Source: an uncultured Deferribacteres bacterium (lineage in GTDB: Bacteria > Zhuqueibacterota > Zhuqueibacteria > Zhuqueibacterales > Geothermadaptataceae). Taken from it: a stretch of 64,000 nucleotides of DNA. Under the pieces are notes generated by a model. The model had not been told where the DNA came from. It saw nothing but the letters and a program-made list of their open reading frames with translations, and did no database searches. Position numbers and translations under genes: made by a program. The stretch lies in NCBI GenBank assembly GCA_964014485.1, contig CAXHAT010000001.1, forward strand, positions 1-64,000. The letters run 5' to 3'. Shown here piece by piece: positions 9,378-19,414 of the stretch. Position 1 is the stretch's first letter. Each line of letters opens with the position of its first letter.

Positions 9378-10250
9378 TTAAAGGTAGATTTTGTCGAACG
9401 ACATCAGCAGCAACAGCGCGGGCAAGTATAAAACGGACGTCAACAACAGTTTCTTCGCACTCTTGTTTGTGCGGTGAACAGCAACGCGCACACCGCTGTA
9501 AAGAAAAGCCGCGCCTAACAAAAGCGCGCCTGCGAAATAAACTCCGCCCGCAAATCCAAGCAACGTCGGCGTCAAACTAATGACAAGCAAAGCAACTGTA
9601 TTGGCTAGAATATGGCGGCTCGTGCTATACCCCGCCTTATCTATCACCGGGAGCACAATAAGTCCGCCGCGAGAATAATCTTCACGATACAGCCACGCTA
9701 TCGCGAGAAAATGCGGCAGTTGCCAGAAAAAAAGGATAGCAAAAAGCACCCAGGCTTCAATTCCGAGCTCGCCTCGTGCAGCAGCCCAGCCGCCCATTGG
9801 GGGCAGAGCGCCCGGCACGGCTCCAACAAGCGTCGCCAAAGATGATTTTTGCTTCATCGGCGTGTACAAAAAAACATAGCTGACAAGCGTAAGCGCCGCC
9901 AAAAACCCAGTCAATGGATTCACAAGGATGGAGAGGTAAACTACACCAGCAATTGAAGTTGCCGCCCCGAAAGCCAAGGCTTCGATTTGTGAGAGTCTCC
10001 CGGCGGGCAATGGTCTTTTACTCGTACGCTTCATTTGTGCGTCGATCCGGTGCTCGATAACCTGGTTCAAAGCGCTTGTCCCGCCCACGATGAGAGTCGT
10101 GCCGAAAATCGCGTGGAACAATAAAACGAAATCAAAATCAACCGGCGAGCCTAAATAAAACCCGGCAATCATTGTCAAAATAACGAGAAAAGAGACCCTC
10201 GGCTTAGTCAATGAAATATAATCAGCAAAACGATCTTTTAGTGAATCCAT
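9378..10250 (-). CDS. cyoE: Protoheme IX farnesyltransferase (heme O synthase)
   Basis: LTKPRV, DAQMKRT.KRPLP.G, GAVPGALPP and WQLPHF..Y..DY motifs. Confidence 0.95.
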   Translation of the reverse strand: MDSLKDRFADYISLTKPRVSFLVILTMIAGFYLGSPVDFDFVLLFHAIFGTTLIVGGTSALNQVIEHRIDAQMKRTSKRPLPAGRLSQIEALAFGAATSIAGVVYLSILVNPLTGFLAALTLVSYVFLYTPMKQKSSLATLVGAVPGALPPMGGWAAARGELGIEAWVLFAILFFWQLPHFLAIAWLYREDYSRGGLIVLPVIDKAGYSTSRHILANTVALLVISLTPTLLGFAGGVYFAGALLLGAAFLYSGVRVAVHRTNKSAKKLLLTSVLYLPALLLLMSFDKIYL

Positions 10251-10479
10251 AATCTATTTCGAGTTTGTGCTCAGTATTTGAAATTCAGGCATTTGGCAGG
10301 TCAAAAAAAGCGGGCGCAAAGTAGTGCGAACAAAGCAAAAATGAAAGCTGATTCTTCCGAGAAAAAGTGTTAAACGTTTAAACAACGGGTGTGTTAAAAA
10401 ACAAAATTCATCTGAGCCGGCGCTCTCGAAACATCGTTTTTAGCTCTTGGCTCACCCTTTGCAAAAAGCGGCGTGCATC

Positions 10480-10673
10480 GTTGATTCCTCTGCAAAGAAG
10501 AAACTCCCGGCGTCTCCATCTGGCACGTTGGAATTGACCTTCAGGTTCCTTTGAGAGTCAATTAACCGACGCCGGGAGCTTTCATAAATCAAGGGAAGCG
10601 GGGCGCTCATTGGGCGCCTTGCAGTCCGGAGCGGGCAAGCGTGAAAACGCAACGCTCGCTTCCGGGCTTTTTT
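10480..10673 (+). ncRNA. Unidentified structured RNA candidate ending in a terminator
   Basis: 11-bp stem 10504-14/10568-78 enclosing a 7-bp stem aattgac/gtcaatt; hairpin 10602-18; hairpin plus T run 10624-73. Confidence 0.4.
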
Positions 10674-10762
10674 ATTTGATAATCCTTCCTATTCTCCGTA
10701 GCTCCTAACCGCAATCACCCCCCAAGCCCCTTCAAAAAACACAAACGTTTTGGAGTTATCCA

Positions 10763-12427
10763 ATGTCGCGTCGAACTATTTGTCTATCGATTTTCTTACT
10801 CACCTTTTCGCAGGCGTTGTCCTTCCAAGCGCAGGAAAACGACACGCCGCCAGTAACAGCGGAAGAAATTCGCGCCGCTCAAAATATTATTGGGCTGAAA
10901 TTGACGCAAGCGGAAATTGATTCACTCCTGGACGGCGTTAAACGCAACCTTCGCAATTACAAGACAATGCACGAGCTTCAAGTGCCGAACAGCGTCCCGC
11001 CCGCCCTGCACTTCAATCCGCTTCCGCTGGGGTTCACTCTCGACAAAAATCAAAAGGAATTGCAATTCAGCAATCCCAAACAACGCAATGTCCCAGACAA
11101 TTTGGAAGAAATCGCTTTCGCCTCTGTGCGTGATTTGGCGGAACTCATCCGCACACGCAAAATCACTTCGACAAACCTGACAAAGATGTACCTTGCGCGC
11201 CTAAAAAAGTATGGTTCACAGCTTGAATGCGTCGTTACTTTGACCGAAGAACTCGCGCTGAAGCAGGCCAAACGCGCCGACGAAGAAATTGCTGCGGGAG
11301 AATATCGGGGACTGCTGCACGGTATTCCCTACGGAGCCAAGGATTTACTGGCTGTGAAAGGCTACAAAACCACATGGGGCGCCATGCCCTACAAGGATCA
11401 AGAAATCGATGAAAACGCCACCGTCATTCGAAAGCTCGAAGAAGCGGGGGCAGTGCTGGTGGCAAAGCTTACTCTGGGAGCCCTTGCCTGGGGCGACGTC
11501 TGGTACGGCGGCAAAACCAAAAACCCGTGGAATTTGGAGCAAGGCTCTAGCGGTTCTTCGGCGGGCTCGGCTTCGGCAACCGCTGCAGGACTCGTGGCGT
11601 TTTCCATCGGCACCGAAACCCTCGGCTCGATTGTTTCGCCGTCTACGCGCTGCGGCGTAACGGGCTTGCGTCCAACTTTTGGCAGAGTCAGTCGCGCCGG
11701 AGCAATGGCGCTGAGCTGGTCGATGGACAAAATCGGCCCGATGTGCCGCACGGTTGAAGATTGCGCCATTGTTTTTGAGGCGATTCGCGGCGTTGACGGA
11801 CTCGATCCTACGCTCATTAACGCCGCTTTCAATTATGACGCGCAAAAAAGCATCTCAGAAATCCGCATTGGCTATCTCAAATCCGCCTTTGAGCGCGATT
11901 CACGAAACAAAGACCGTGACGGGCAAGTTCTGGAAACGCTGCGCGGTCTGGGCGTGGAACTCATCCCAATTGAACTGCCGCAAACCCCGGTCAGATCGAT
12001 TTCATTCATTCTTAACGCCGAAGCCGCCGCTGCATTCGATGATTTGACGCGCTCAAACCAGGACGATCTGCTCGTACGGCAAATCAAAAACGCCTGGCCA
12101 AACGCTTTCAGAACCGCACGATTTATTCCCGCCGTCGAATATATTCAGGCAAACCGCATTCGCTACCAGGTCATTCAGGAAATGCAAAAAGTTATGGAAA
12201 ATATTGACGTTTACGTCGCACCGTCGTTTGGCGGGGTTAATTTGCTGTTGACCAACTTGACCGGCCACCCGTGCGTTGTTTTGCCCCACGGTTTTTCAGA
12301 CAACGGCTCCCCGACGAGCATCAGCTTTATCGGCGCGCTGTTCAATGAAAGCGACGCACTGCGCGTCGCCAAGGCCTATCAAAACGCAACAGATCATCAT
12401 CTAAAACATCCGCCGATGTTTCAATAG
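10763..12427 (+). CDS. Secreted amidase-signature family protein
   Basis: Signal peptide; HGIPYGAKD, SSGSSAGS and IGTETLGSI motifs. Confidence 0.93.
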   Translation: MSRRTICLSIFLLTFSQALSFQAQENDTPPVTAEEIRAAQNIIGLKLTQAEIDSLLDGVKRNLRNYKTMHELQVPNSVPPALHFNPLPLGFTLDKNQKELQFSNPKQRNVPDNLEEIAFASVRDLAELIRTRKITSTNLTKMYLARLKKYGSQLECVVTLTEELALKQAKRADEEIAAGEYRGLLHGIPYGAKDLLAVKGYKTTWGAMPYKDQEIDENATVIRKLEEAGAVLVAKLTLGALAWGDVWYGGKTKNPWNLEQGSSGSSAGSASATAAGLVAFSIGTETLGSIVSPSTRCGVTGLRPTFGRVSRAGAMALSWSMDKIGPMCRTVEDCAIVFEAIRGVDGLDPTLINAAFNYDAQKSISEIRIGYLKSAFERDSRNKDRDGQVLETLRGLGVELIPIELPQTPVRSISFILNAEAAAAFDDLTRSNQDDLLVRQIKNAWPNAFRTARFIPAVEYIQANRIRYQVIQEMQKVMENIDVYVAPSFGGVNLLLTNLTGHPCVVLPHGFSDNGSPTSISFIGALFNESDALRVAKAYQNATDHHLKHPPMFQ

Positions 12428-12573
12428 CCTCGAAAAACGGAACGCAAGACTTGCCCTGCAAATCAATCGAAATCATATCCTTTCGTCATCGCAAAGTTGA
12501 ATAATATCACCTGTTTTGTCATTCTAAATTCATTGAATAAAGTCGTTTTTCAAGAAAACTAACGGAGAACAAA

Positions 12574-13572
12574 ATGTCGCGACCAGTTATGCTTTTTACC
12601 GGCCAATGGGCTGATCTGTCTTTGGAAACGCTTGCCAATAAAACGAGCGAATGGGGTTTTGACGGTCTGGAGCTCGCCTGCTGGGGCGATCATTTTGAAG
12701 TTGACAAAGCGTTGGAAAGCGACGGCTACGTGCGTGAAAAGCGTGATCTGCTGGAAAAACACGGCTTGCAGTGTCTCGCCATCAGCAACCACCTGGTCGG
12801 CCAGTGCGTGTGCGACGATCCGATTGACAATCGCCACAAGAGCATTTTGCCGGATTACGTTTGGGGCGACGGCGATCAGGAAGGCGTGCGGCAGCGAGCG
12901 GCGCAGGAAATGATCAATACCGCCAAAGCGGCCAAGCTTTTCGACGTGGACGTGGTGAACGGATTTACCGGCAGCAGCGTTTGGTCGAAGCTCTATTTTT
13001 TCCCGCCGACCACGCAGGACGACATCAACGCCGGCTTTGAAGATTTCGCCAAGCGCTGGATGCCGATTTTAGATGCGTTTCAAGCAAACGGCGTTAAGTT
13101 CGCGCTTGAAGTGCATCCGACGGAAATCGCCTACGACATTATCACCTCCGAGCGTGCGCTGGAAGCGGTAAAGAATCATCCGGCGTTCGGCTTCAATTTT
13201 GATCCCAGCCATTTGATTCACCAATTCGTTGATCCGGTTGAGTTCATCAATGCCTTCCCCGAGCGGATTTTCCACATGCACGTCAAAGATTCAAAAGTGA
13301 ATCTCACCGGACGCAACAGCATTCTCGGCTCGCATCTCGATTTCGGCGATCATCGCCGCGGGTGGGATTTTGTTTCGCCGGGGCACGGCGACGTGGAGTG
13401 GGATCCGATTATTCGGGCGCTCAACAGAATCGGCTACAACGGCCCGCTATCCATTGAGTGGGAAGACAGCGGCATGGATCGCGAATTCGGCGCCCAGGAA
13501 GCCCTTGACATGGTGCGCGGCATGGACTTCACCCCGTCCAATGTCGCTTTTGACGCCGCGTTTGGAGATTGA
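12574..13572 (+). CDS. Sugar phosphate isomerase/epimerase (AP endonuclease 2 TIM barrel)
   Basis: [32 protein letters not shown] and SIEWED motifs. Confidence 0.92.
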   Translation: MSRPVMLFTGQWADLSLETLANKTSEWGFDGLELACWGDHFEVDKALESDGYVREKRDLLEKHGLQCLAISNHLVGQCVCDDPIDNRHKSILPDYVWGDGDQEGVRQRAAQEMINTAKAAKLFDVDVVNGFTGSSVWSKLYFFPPTTQDDINAGFEDFAKRWMPILDAFQANGVKFALEVHPTEIAYDIITSERALEAVKNHPAFGFNFDPSHLIHQFVDPVEFINAFPERIFHMHVKDSKVNLTGRNSILGSHLDFGDHRRGWDFVSPGHGDVEWDPIIRALNRIGYNGPLSIEWEDSGMDREFGAQEALDMVRGMDFTPSNVAFDAAFGD

Positions 13573-13646
13573 TTTCCGGCTTATTCTTTTCCGGACGAAG
13601 CTGGACTATATTCTAATTGTGAGCGTTGGCCTCATACTAAATTTTA

Positions 13647-13726
13647 CCCTCGCATGTCATTCAGGAGGAATCTATTTTGCCCGAAATCTGGTGCAGAATA
13701 GATTCATCCTGAATGACATGCGAGGG
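13647..13726. repeat. 80-bp palindromic REP/MITE-like element, copy B
   Basis: ccctcgcatgtcattcagga...tcctgaatgacatgcgaggg, a 20-bp perfect inverted repeat. Confidence 0.8.
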
Positions 13727-13800
13727 GCTGACTTTAAAGATTTCAGCGCCGAAAGCCCTGTTTGCCGAGCATGGTCTCGGCAAGCGCGAAGGTACCTACA

Positions 13801-14217
13801 ATGAACGAAAAAGACGTCGTCGATATATTTTTCAAGCTTCTGGACGGAACGGCCTTTTACTGGAATTTTTATGTCGCGGGCGTTGCCATAATTATTGGGT
13901 GGATTCTCACAACGACCATTCATCCTTCACGCCATGTCAAGATTCTTGTCTCTTTGGCTTTCGGCTTTTTTGTTGTGATGAATTTATCAGCGCTGTTCGG
14001 TCGTTTGGCGTTCATCGATTTGTTTTCGGAAGAATTGAAGGCGCTCATCGAGCCGTGCGCCCTTAAAACCCCTGAATTGTGCGCCAGGATTCACGAACTC
14101 TCTTTCAAAAATTCAAGATGGGTTGCTTTGGGCGTACATGCAATTGTTGACGTTTCACTTTTCTTTCTTATTTGGAGTGATAAAGCCTGGAGAGTAAGCC
14201 AACGAGAAGAAACATAA
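13801..14217 (+). CDS. Hypothetical membrane protein (3 TM)
   Basis: GAAGG SD-like sequence before the ATG; three hydrophobic stretches. Confidence 0.7.
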   Translation: MNEKDVVDIFFKLLDGTAFYWNFYVAGVAIIIGWILTTTIHPSRHVKILVSLAFGFFVVMNLSALFGRLAFIDLFSEELKALIEPCALKTPELCARIHELSFKNSRWVALGVHAIVDVSLFFLIWSDKAWRVSQREET

Positions 14218-14247
14218 AAATTGAAGCGGATTGCGAGTGGCAGAATC

Positions 14248-14349
14248 CAGGATCGGCTACAACGGCCCGCTTTCCATTAAGTGGGAAGACGGTTGCATGG
14301 ACTTCCCCCCTCGTCGCCCGTCGCTTTTAATGCGGCGTTTATAGAATAG
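14248..14349 (+). pseudogene. Decayed duplicate of the 3' end of the 12574-13572 gene
   Basis: 48/54 identity to 13425-13478, then a 48-nt deletion between two catgga microhomologies, then similarity to 13527-13572. Confidence 0.85.
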
Positions 14350-14466
14350 ATCACGAGTTATTTCGCAATTCGCTATCCATCGTGTCTATAGATATGAAGT
14401 CGTATAATTCGGCTTTTGTTACCTATATAACCCCAAGTTACCGCCATCAAGAAAGGGCTAGGCAAT

Positions 14467-14844
14467 ATGTTGAGAGACAGTGAAATCGATAATGCAAAGA
14501 AATTGACAAAAGACAGTTTGAGTGATGGCCCATATCATGAACGCAATGACTGTATAAGAATCGCGTATGAATGGTTGGATGCACAAGTTAAAATAAAAGG
14601 AACAGTGTCGATAATATATCCGGTGAAACATTTGATCGAAAAATGGGCAGGGCGGTACGTTTCAACAGCAGATGTTGAAGTCGCAGCCTTCATGCATCCA
14701 GAAATTCGTGGTAAATATCCCCGTTTTAACATAAGCGCGCGATTAACAGAACCAACTATTGAGAGATTAAGTAACATTTCTGAAGCGTTTTCTCATAATT
14801 ATAGAAAACGATTTGACCCATCAGTTTATAAATATCACGAATAA
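14467..14844 (+). CDS. AT-rich hypothetical protein
   Basis: 125-aa ORF, visibly AT-richer than its neighbours; KHLIEKWAGRYVS motif. Confidence 0.75.
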   Translation: MLRDSEIDNAKKLTKDSLSDGPYHERNDCIRIAYEWLDAQVKIKGTVSIIYPVKHLIEKWAGRYVSTADVEVAAFMHPEIRGKYPRFNISARLTEPTIERLSNISEAFSHNYRKRFDPSVYKYHE

Positions 14845-15004
14845 GTTGGGCTACGTTTCCATGATGTGTGTACAACACTCAAGCGAGGATTAACGGCAAC
14901 TCTTCGTCTGAAAAAGCTACTTGCCGAGTATATTTGGTTTGTACGCTTTTGAAAGTCAATAACAAGCCTTGAAAAGTTGGAACTCTTCGAAACCAGATGA
15001 AACC

Positions 15005-15307
15005 ATGAGTACAATCACAAAAAAAACATCCTACCCCTACATCACATCACATCCTGATATTTCAGGCGGGGCTCCGGTTGTTGAGGGCGTCAGAGTCACG
15101 GTTCGCACCATTGCCGGGTATTATCAGATGGGTATGGACGTTGATGAGATTCTGGCGACGCTTTCTCACCTGACGGCGTCGCAAGTTCATTCCGCGCTGG
15201 CTTATTACTTTGACCATCAGCAAGAAATAGACAGCGTTCTGGCGGAATATTCTGACGAAGAATATTGGAAACAGCAAGTCATGGAACATCCCAAGCAAAA
15301 GAGTTAG
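15005..15307 (+). CDS. DUF433 family antitoxin-like protein
   Basis: I...P.ISGGAPVVEG.RVTV..I and L...QVHSALAYY..HQ.EID. Confidence 0.9.
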   Translation: MSTITKKTSYPYITSHPDISGGAPVVEGVRVTVRTIAGYYQMGMDVDEILATLSHLTASQVHSALAYYFDHQQEIDSVLAEYSDEEYWKQQVMEHPKQKS

Positions 15308-15310
15308 AAA

Positions 15311-15652
15311 ATGGCGAAAATTTCGCTGTTTCTAGATGAAGACGTTCACATGGCTTTGGGAGCGGCATTGCGAAAAAGAGGCTTTGACGTCGTTCATGCT
15401 CAGGAAGTAAAACGCAAAGGAAGAACCGACGCAGAACAACTTGCCCATGCGGTAAGCCGGGAACAATGCGTGCTGACCTTCAACGTTAAGGATTTCGTCA
15501 AATTACACAATGAATACGCTCATCAAGAAAAGGAACACTGGGGAATTCTTCTCTCCAAGCAGCGTCCAATCGGAGAAACGTTCCGTGCGGTTTTGAAAAT
15601 ATTGCAGAAGTTTTCCAAAGAATCGATCAAAAACAGGATCGTCTTTATTTGA
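15311..15652 (+). CDS. DUF5615 PIN-like toxin (VapC45-like)
   Basis: LFLDED, D.EQL..A, LTFN.KDF..LH and H.GI motifs; directly follows the DUF433 gene. Confidence 0.9.
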   Translation: MAKISLFLDEDVHMALGAALRKRGFDVVHAQEVKRKGRTDAEQLAHAVSREQCVLTFNVKDFVKLHNEYAHQEKEHWGILLSKQRPIGETFRAVLKILQKFSKESIKNRIVFI

Positions 15653-17226
15653 ATATACCAGAAGAAACCAATGAAACGATCTTGAAAACGCCATTCTCTC
15701 TCCTGATCGCGCTGCATTGCGCACTTCTTTCATCCCCAACAAATCTCGCCGCCCAATTACCGCAGAAAGAAATCGGTCAACTTACAGAACTGCGCACCGT
15801 CAGCGCGGCCAAAGAATTAATTGCTTTTCTGAAAATCCCCAACAACGGCCGCCTTCCTAACCATGTTGAAACCAATGCAACCTGGTGCCTCAACACATTT
15901 CAAAAACTTGGTTTTGATACAAAAATCGTTTCCACAGTGAAAGGACCGCCGCACGTTTTTGCGCAGAAAATCTACGACGACCGCCTGAGCACGATTCTTT
16001 TCTATTTGCAGATTGACGGTCAGCCGGTCGACAGCACGCAATGGAATCAGGCTGATCCCTACACGCCGGTTCTAAAGCGCCGCGTAAGCGACGAATGGCA
16101 AGTCGTCGATCAAACGGCGTTGACCGATCCGCTGGATCCTGAGATTAGAATTTTCGCCCGCTCCGCTTCCGATTCCAAAGGCCCGGCCATAGCATTTATC
16201 ACTGCTTTAAGAATTCTTTCCGAGCAACAGCGCGAGCCAAGCTTCAACATTAAAGTCATCATGGATTTTCAGGAAGAGATCGGCTCCCCGACCCTGCCCG
16301 CTCTCGTCCGCGAACAGCGCGAATTGTTCAACGCGGACGCGATGCTGATCATGGACGGCACGCGCCATCTCTCCAACCTGCCGACGCTGACTTTTGGGGC
16401 GCGCGGCATTGCTACAATTTCGCTCAAAGTCTTCGGCGCAAAAAACGATTTGCACAGCGGGCACTACGGCAATTTCGCGCCGAATCCCGTGTTCAAACTT
16501 GCCCGCCTGCTCGCGGCGATGAAAGACGAAAAGGGCAAAGTGCTCATCCCCGGATTTTACGACGACGTTGAACTCACCGAAGAAGACAAGGCCGCGCTGC
16601 ATGCCGTTCCGGAAGATTTGGACGAGATCAAAAAAAGCCTGGGCGTCGCCGCTCAGGACGCTGTCGGCGAAACTTATCAGGAAGCGCTGCAATTTCCGTC
16701 GCTCAACGTGCGCGGCTTGCGCGCCGCGTGGACGGGCGATAAAATCCGCACCATCATTCCCGCCGAAGCCGTCGCGGAAATCGACATGCGTCTGGTTCCG
16801 GAAACGCCGGGCGAGCGCATGGTCGAACTGGTCAGGCAGTTCATCATTGATCAGGGATTCCATATTGTTGATTCGGAACCGACTGACGAGGAGCGTTTAA
16901 AGTATCCAAATCTGATCGCTTTCAGCTCTCGCATTGGCTCGAAGCCGTTTCGCACGGACATGCACTCCGAACTTGGCAATTGGCTGTCACGCGCAATGGC
17001 GCATCTTTTTGAGGATCGCTTTGTGAAAATGCGCTCCACCGGCGGTTCTCAGCCGATTGCGCCGTTTATCTCGGAACTCAACATCCCCGCCGTTTCCATT
17101 CGCATCCCCAACCCGGACAACAATATTCACGCGCCGAATGAGAATTTGCGCCTCGGCAATTTTCTGGAAGGAATCCGGATGTGCCTGAGTATTTTAACCC
17201 GCCCGCTGGTTCTTGATGAAAACTGA
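15649..17226 (+). CDS. Secreted M20/M25/M40 metallopeptidase (start uncertain)
   Basis: DGQPVD, ARSASDSKG, EE.GSP, LHSGHYGN and H.PNENL motifs. Confidence 0.88.
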   Translation: MNIPEETNETILKTPFSLLIALHCALLSSPTNLAAQLPQKEIGQLTELRTVSAAKELIAFLKIPNNGRLPNHVETNATWCLNTFQKLGFDTKIVSTVKGPPHVFAQKIYDDRLSTILFYLQIDGQPVDSTQWNQADPYTPVLKRRVSDEWQVVDQTALTDPLDPEIRIFARSASDSKGPAIAFITALRILSEQQREPSFNIKVIMDFQEEIGSPTLPALVREQRELFNADAMLIMDGTRHLSNLPTLTFGARGIATISLKVFGAKNDLHSGHYGNFAPNPVFKLARLLAAMKDEKGKVLIPGFYDDVELTEEDKAALHAVPEDLDEIKKSLGVAAQDAVGETYQEALQFPSLNVRGLRAAWTGDKIRTIIPAEAVAEIDMRLVPETPGERMVELVRQFIIDQGFHIVDSEPTDEERLKYPNLIAFSSRIGSKPFRTDMHSELGNWLSRAMAHLFEDRFVKMRSTGGSQPIAPFISELNIPAVSIRIPNPDNNIHAPNENLRLGNFLEGIRMCLSILTRPLVLDEN

Positions 17227-18355
17227 AATGATCGCCGCCGTCGTCGTAACGCTTACGGTTGTCTGCGTTTTCCAACTCAACCGCATCGAGCGCCGCTGGG
17301 TTCAAACGCTGCTCAATTGGTTTCCGGCCATTCTTTTCGCCTATGTTCTGCCCGCCGCTTTCACCCACATTTCCGGCATGGATTTGTCCGGCGTTTACTT
17401 GCACCAACTCAGCAGAAACTGGATCATCCCGTTCACGATTCTGACAGTGATGAGCGCTTTGTCGTTCGCACAATTGCGCATCATCGGCGCGAGACCCATC
17501 GTGGTATTCGTCATCGGTTCTTTCGTCATCGCTGCACTGCCAGTCGTTCTAGTGATTTTGTTCGGCTGGTTCGACGCTTCAACGAGTACGCTTTTTCTTG
17601 AGCAGGAGTACTGGAAAGGGCTCGTCCCCATCGTCGGCGGCTGGATCGGCGGCAGCACGAGTCAACTTGTTTTGAAGGAAGTTATTGGAACCGAGGAAGG
17701 GCTGTTTTTATCGATTTTGGTGCTCGACAATATTCTCGTCAATATCTGGACAATTCTGATGTTCCAGTTTATCAAACGCAGCGAGCAGCTCAACCACGTT
17801 TTCGGCATTCATGACGAAGTACCCGTGCTCAAGCCGGATAGTGATTCGCAAAAGGCGGTTCTTGCTCCATGGCAGATAACCTTCGTCCTTCTTGCCATCA
17901 CGGCGCTTGTGACGCTTACGATCAAAAGCTTTCTTTGGATGGTCATTACAACTTCAATTGTTGGGCTGCTTTTGGGGAATCTGGTCAAGTCATGGAATGC
18001 GAGCTTTGTTCTCAAAATCGGGGGAATTTTGATCATTGTGATTATGGCCATTCTGGGGCTGAAATTGAATTTTAATAATCTGTCATTGCCGGGCCCGCTT
18101 GTGGCCCTGGTCGTCATCTGGCTGATTGGACACTTTGTTTTTATGCTGCTGGCCGCGGCGGCGTTCAGGCTGAACATCGCGTGGGTTCCCATTGGCAGCA
18201 TGGCCAATCTCGGCGGCATTTCCACCGCGCCCGCCGTCACTTCCGCTTATAATAAAGAACTCATGCCGCACGCGATTCTGCTCGCCATTTTAAGTATGGT
18301 CACGGGGACGGCGTGGGGGTTGTTTACGATTTATCTTTTTGAAACGCTTATCTAA
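17216..18355 (+). CDS. DUF819 family membrane protein
   Basis: Multi-TM; GWIGGS and SMANLGG...APAV motifs. Confidence 0.8.
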   Translation: MKTEMIAAVVVTLTVVCVFQLNRIERRWVQTLLNWFPAILFAYVLPAAFTHISGMDLSGVYLHQLSRNWIIPFTILTVMSALSFAQLRIIGARPIVVFVIGSFVIAALPVVLVILFGWFDASTSTLFLEQEYWKGLVPIVGGWIGGSTSQLVLKEVIGTEEGLFLSILVLDNILVNIWTILMFQFIKRSEQLNHVFGIHDEVPVLKPDSDSQKAVLAPWQITFVLLAITALVTLTIKSFLWMVITTSIVGLLLGNLVKSWNASFVLKIGGILIIVIMAILGLKLNFNNLSLPGPLVALVVIWLIGHFVFMLLAAAAFRLNIAWVPIGSMANLGGISTAPAVTSAYNKELMPHAILLAILSMVTGTAWGLFTIYLFETLI

Positions 18356-18603
18356 TACGAATACGCTTTTTCAGGCATGTTAATGTAGCGGTCCGGTTTT
18401 CGATTTTTCTGTTGAATATCAAAAAAATCGCGTTCGATTTTTTTGAGTACCGCGGCGTCATAATAAATCATGCTGCAATCCAGGCAAATCTCAACCGGTG
18501 TATTCGGCACAAGCAAATACTTGCCTTTGTGGCTGTAAAGATAGTCAATTAGTTTTTTTTCATATCGGCCGCCGCCGCAAAAATTGCATTTAGTTTCTCG
18601 CAT
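18352..18603 (-). CDS. YgiT-type (MqsA-like) zinc finger protein
   Basis: KCNFCGG...VPNTPVEICLDCS..YY. Confidence 0.85.
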   Translation of the reverse strand: MRETKCNFCGGGRYEKKLIDYLYSHKGKYLLVPNTPVEICLDCSMIYYDAAVLKKIERDFFDIQQKNRKPDRYINMPEKAYSY

Positions 18604-18734
18604 TTGGTGCGTCTCCTCGCGTCCATGGGTTGATGAATTTAGGTTGAGTTGGAATATAAATGGTTATCAGAACAATTTTGTCGCCTCGCCGGCCGCAAAC
18701 AACGTGAATCGGGGTTTCCTCGGCAAATCGCCAA
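18590..18734 (-). pseudogene. DUF4258 toxin-like gene, 5'-truncated
   Basis: Only the C-terminal PIHVVCG...VLITIYIP...F...TR remains; the upstream part is replaced by the beta-barrel gene. Confidence 0.65.
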
Positions 18735-19397
18735 TTAAAAATAGATGCGTGCGACGAGCGCCGGAATTTGGGCAAACGCAATCCTGTAATTTTTATTGAT
18801 CGTTGTGACGGAAAAACCAGCGCCACCCGGCGGCAGCGTTTCATGCTTGCTTCTCGACCAGGTCAAGACAAGCGGCTTGAAATGGACGGATAAACTGAGC
18901 GAAGGCAGGACCATGTACTCGACGCCGGCCGTCGTCCCCAGCCCGAGGGAGGTTGTGCGCCGCCGATTCGTCACTTCCAGCCCGGTTGAGCCTGTGGGCG
19001 GGTTCGATTGCGTATCCGTGCGCACTAGCCCGAAACTTGGCTGCAATCCCAGATAAAACAGCGCCTTGCCACCGTTTGAGCGGTATTTTCTCAACTCGGT
19101 ACCAAATGAAAAAGCGAGGCTGCTTGTGCGATGCATGTTTTCAAAGGCGTTCCCGCCGTTGGACTGTTCGTTTTCAGAATCGTTTCTCGACCAGCTGACG
19201 CCCGCGCCTAACAGAAGCATGGTTGAACTTGATATTTTTTTTGAAATTGTGATTTCGCTGTTTGTTTCGCCGAACAAGCCGACGGCAAAGCCCCAGCGGC
19301 GCTCGCTCTCCGGCGCTTCCGTTTGCGAAAAAAGCGCCCCGCTGCAACCGATAACAACCAGCAGTGCCGCAATGTTTTTCTTTGCCAAATTTTTCAT
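18735..19397 (-). CDS. Outer-membrane beta-barrel protein
   Basis: Signal peptide, alternating beta-strands (GVEYMV..SLSLS), C-terminal RIYF. Confidence 0.8.
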   Translation of the reverse strand: MKNLAKKNIAALLVVIGCSGALFSQTEAPESERRWGFAVGLFGETNSEITISKKISSSTMLLLGAGVSWSRNDSENEQSNGGNAFENMHRTSSLAFSFGTELRKYRSNGGKALFYLGLQPSFGLVRTDTQSNPPTGSTGLEVTNRRRTTSLGLGTTAGVEYMVLPSLSLSVHFKPLVLTWSRSKHETLPPGGAGFSVTTINKNYRIAFAQIPALVARIYF

Positions 19398-19414
19398 ATT
19401 ACAGACCCTCGAGT

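Noticed and set aside
14430..14910. Integron attC around the AT-rich ORF
   Set aside because: Only a weak gttaccg/cggcaac match, with no complete attC hairpin
15671..15685. Frameshift at the M20 peptidase start (ATGAAACGATCTTGA)
   Set aside because: An in-frame TTG at 15682 could serve as start; cannot be decided from sequence
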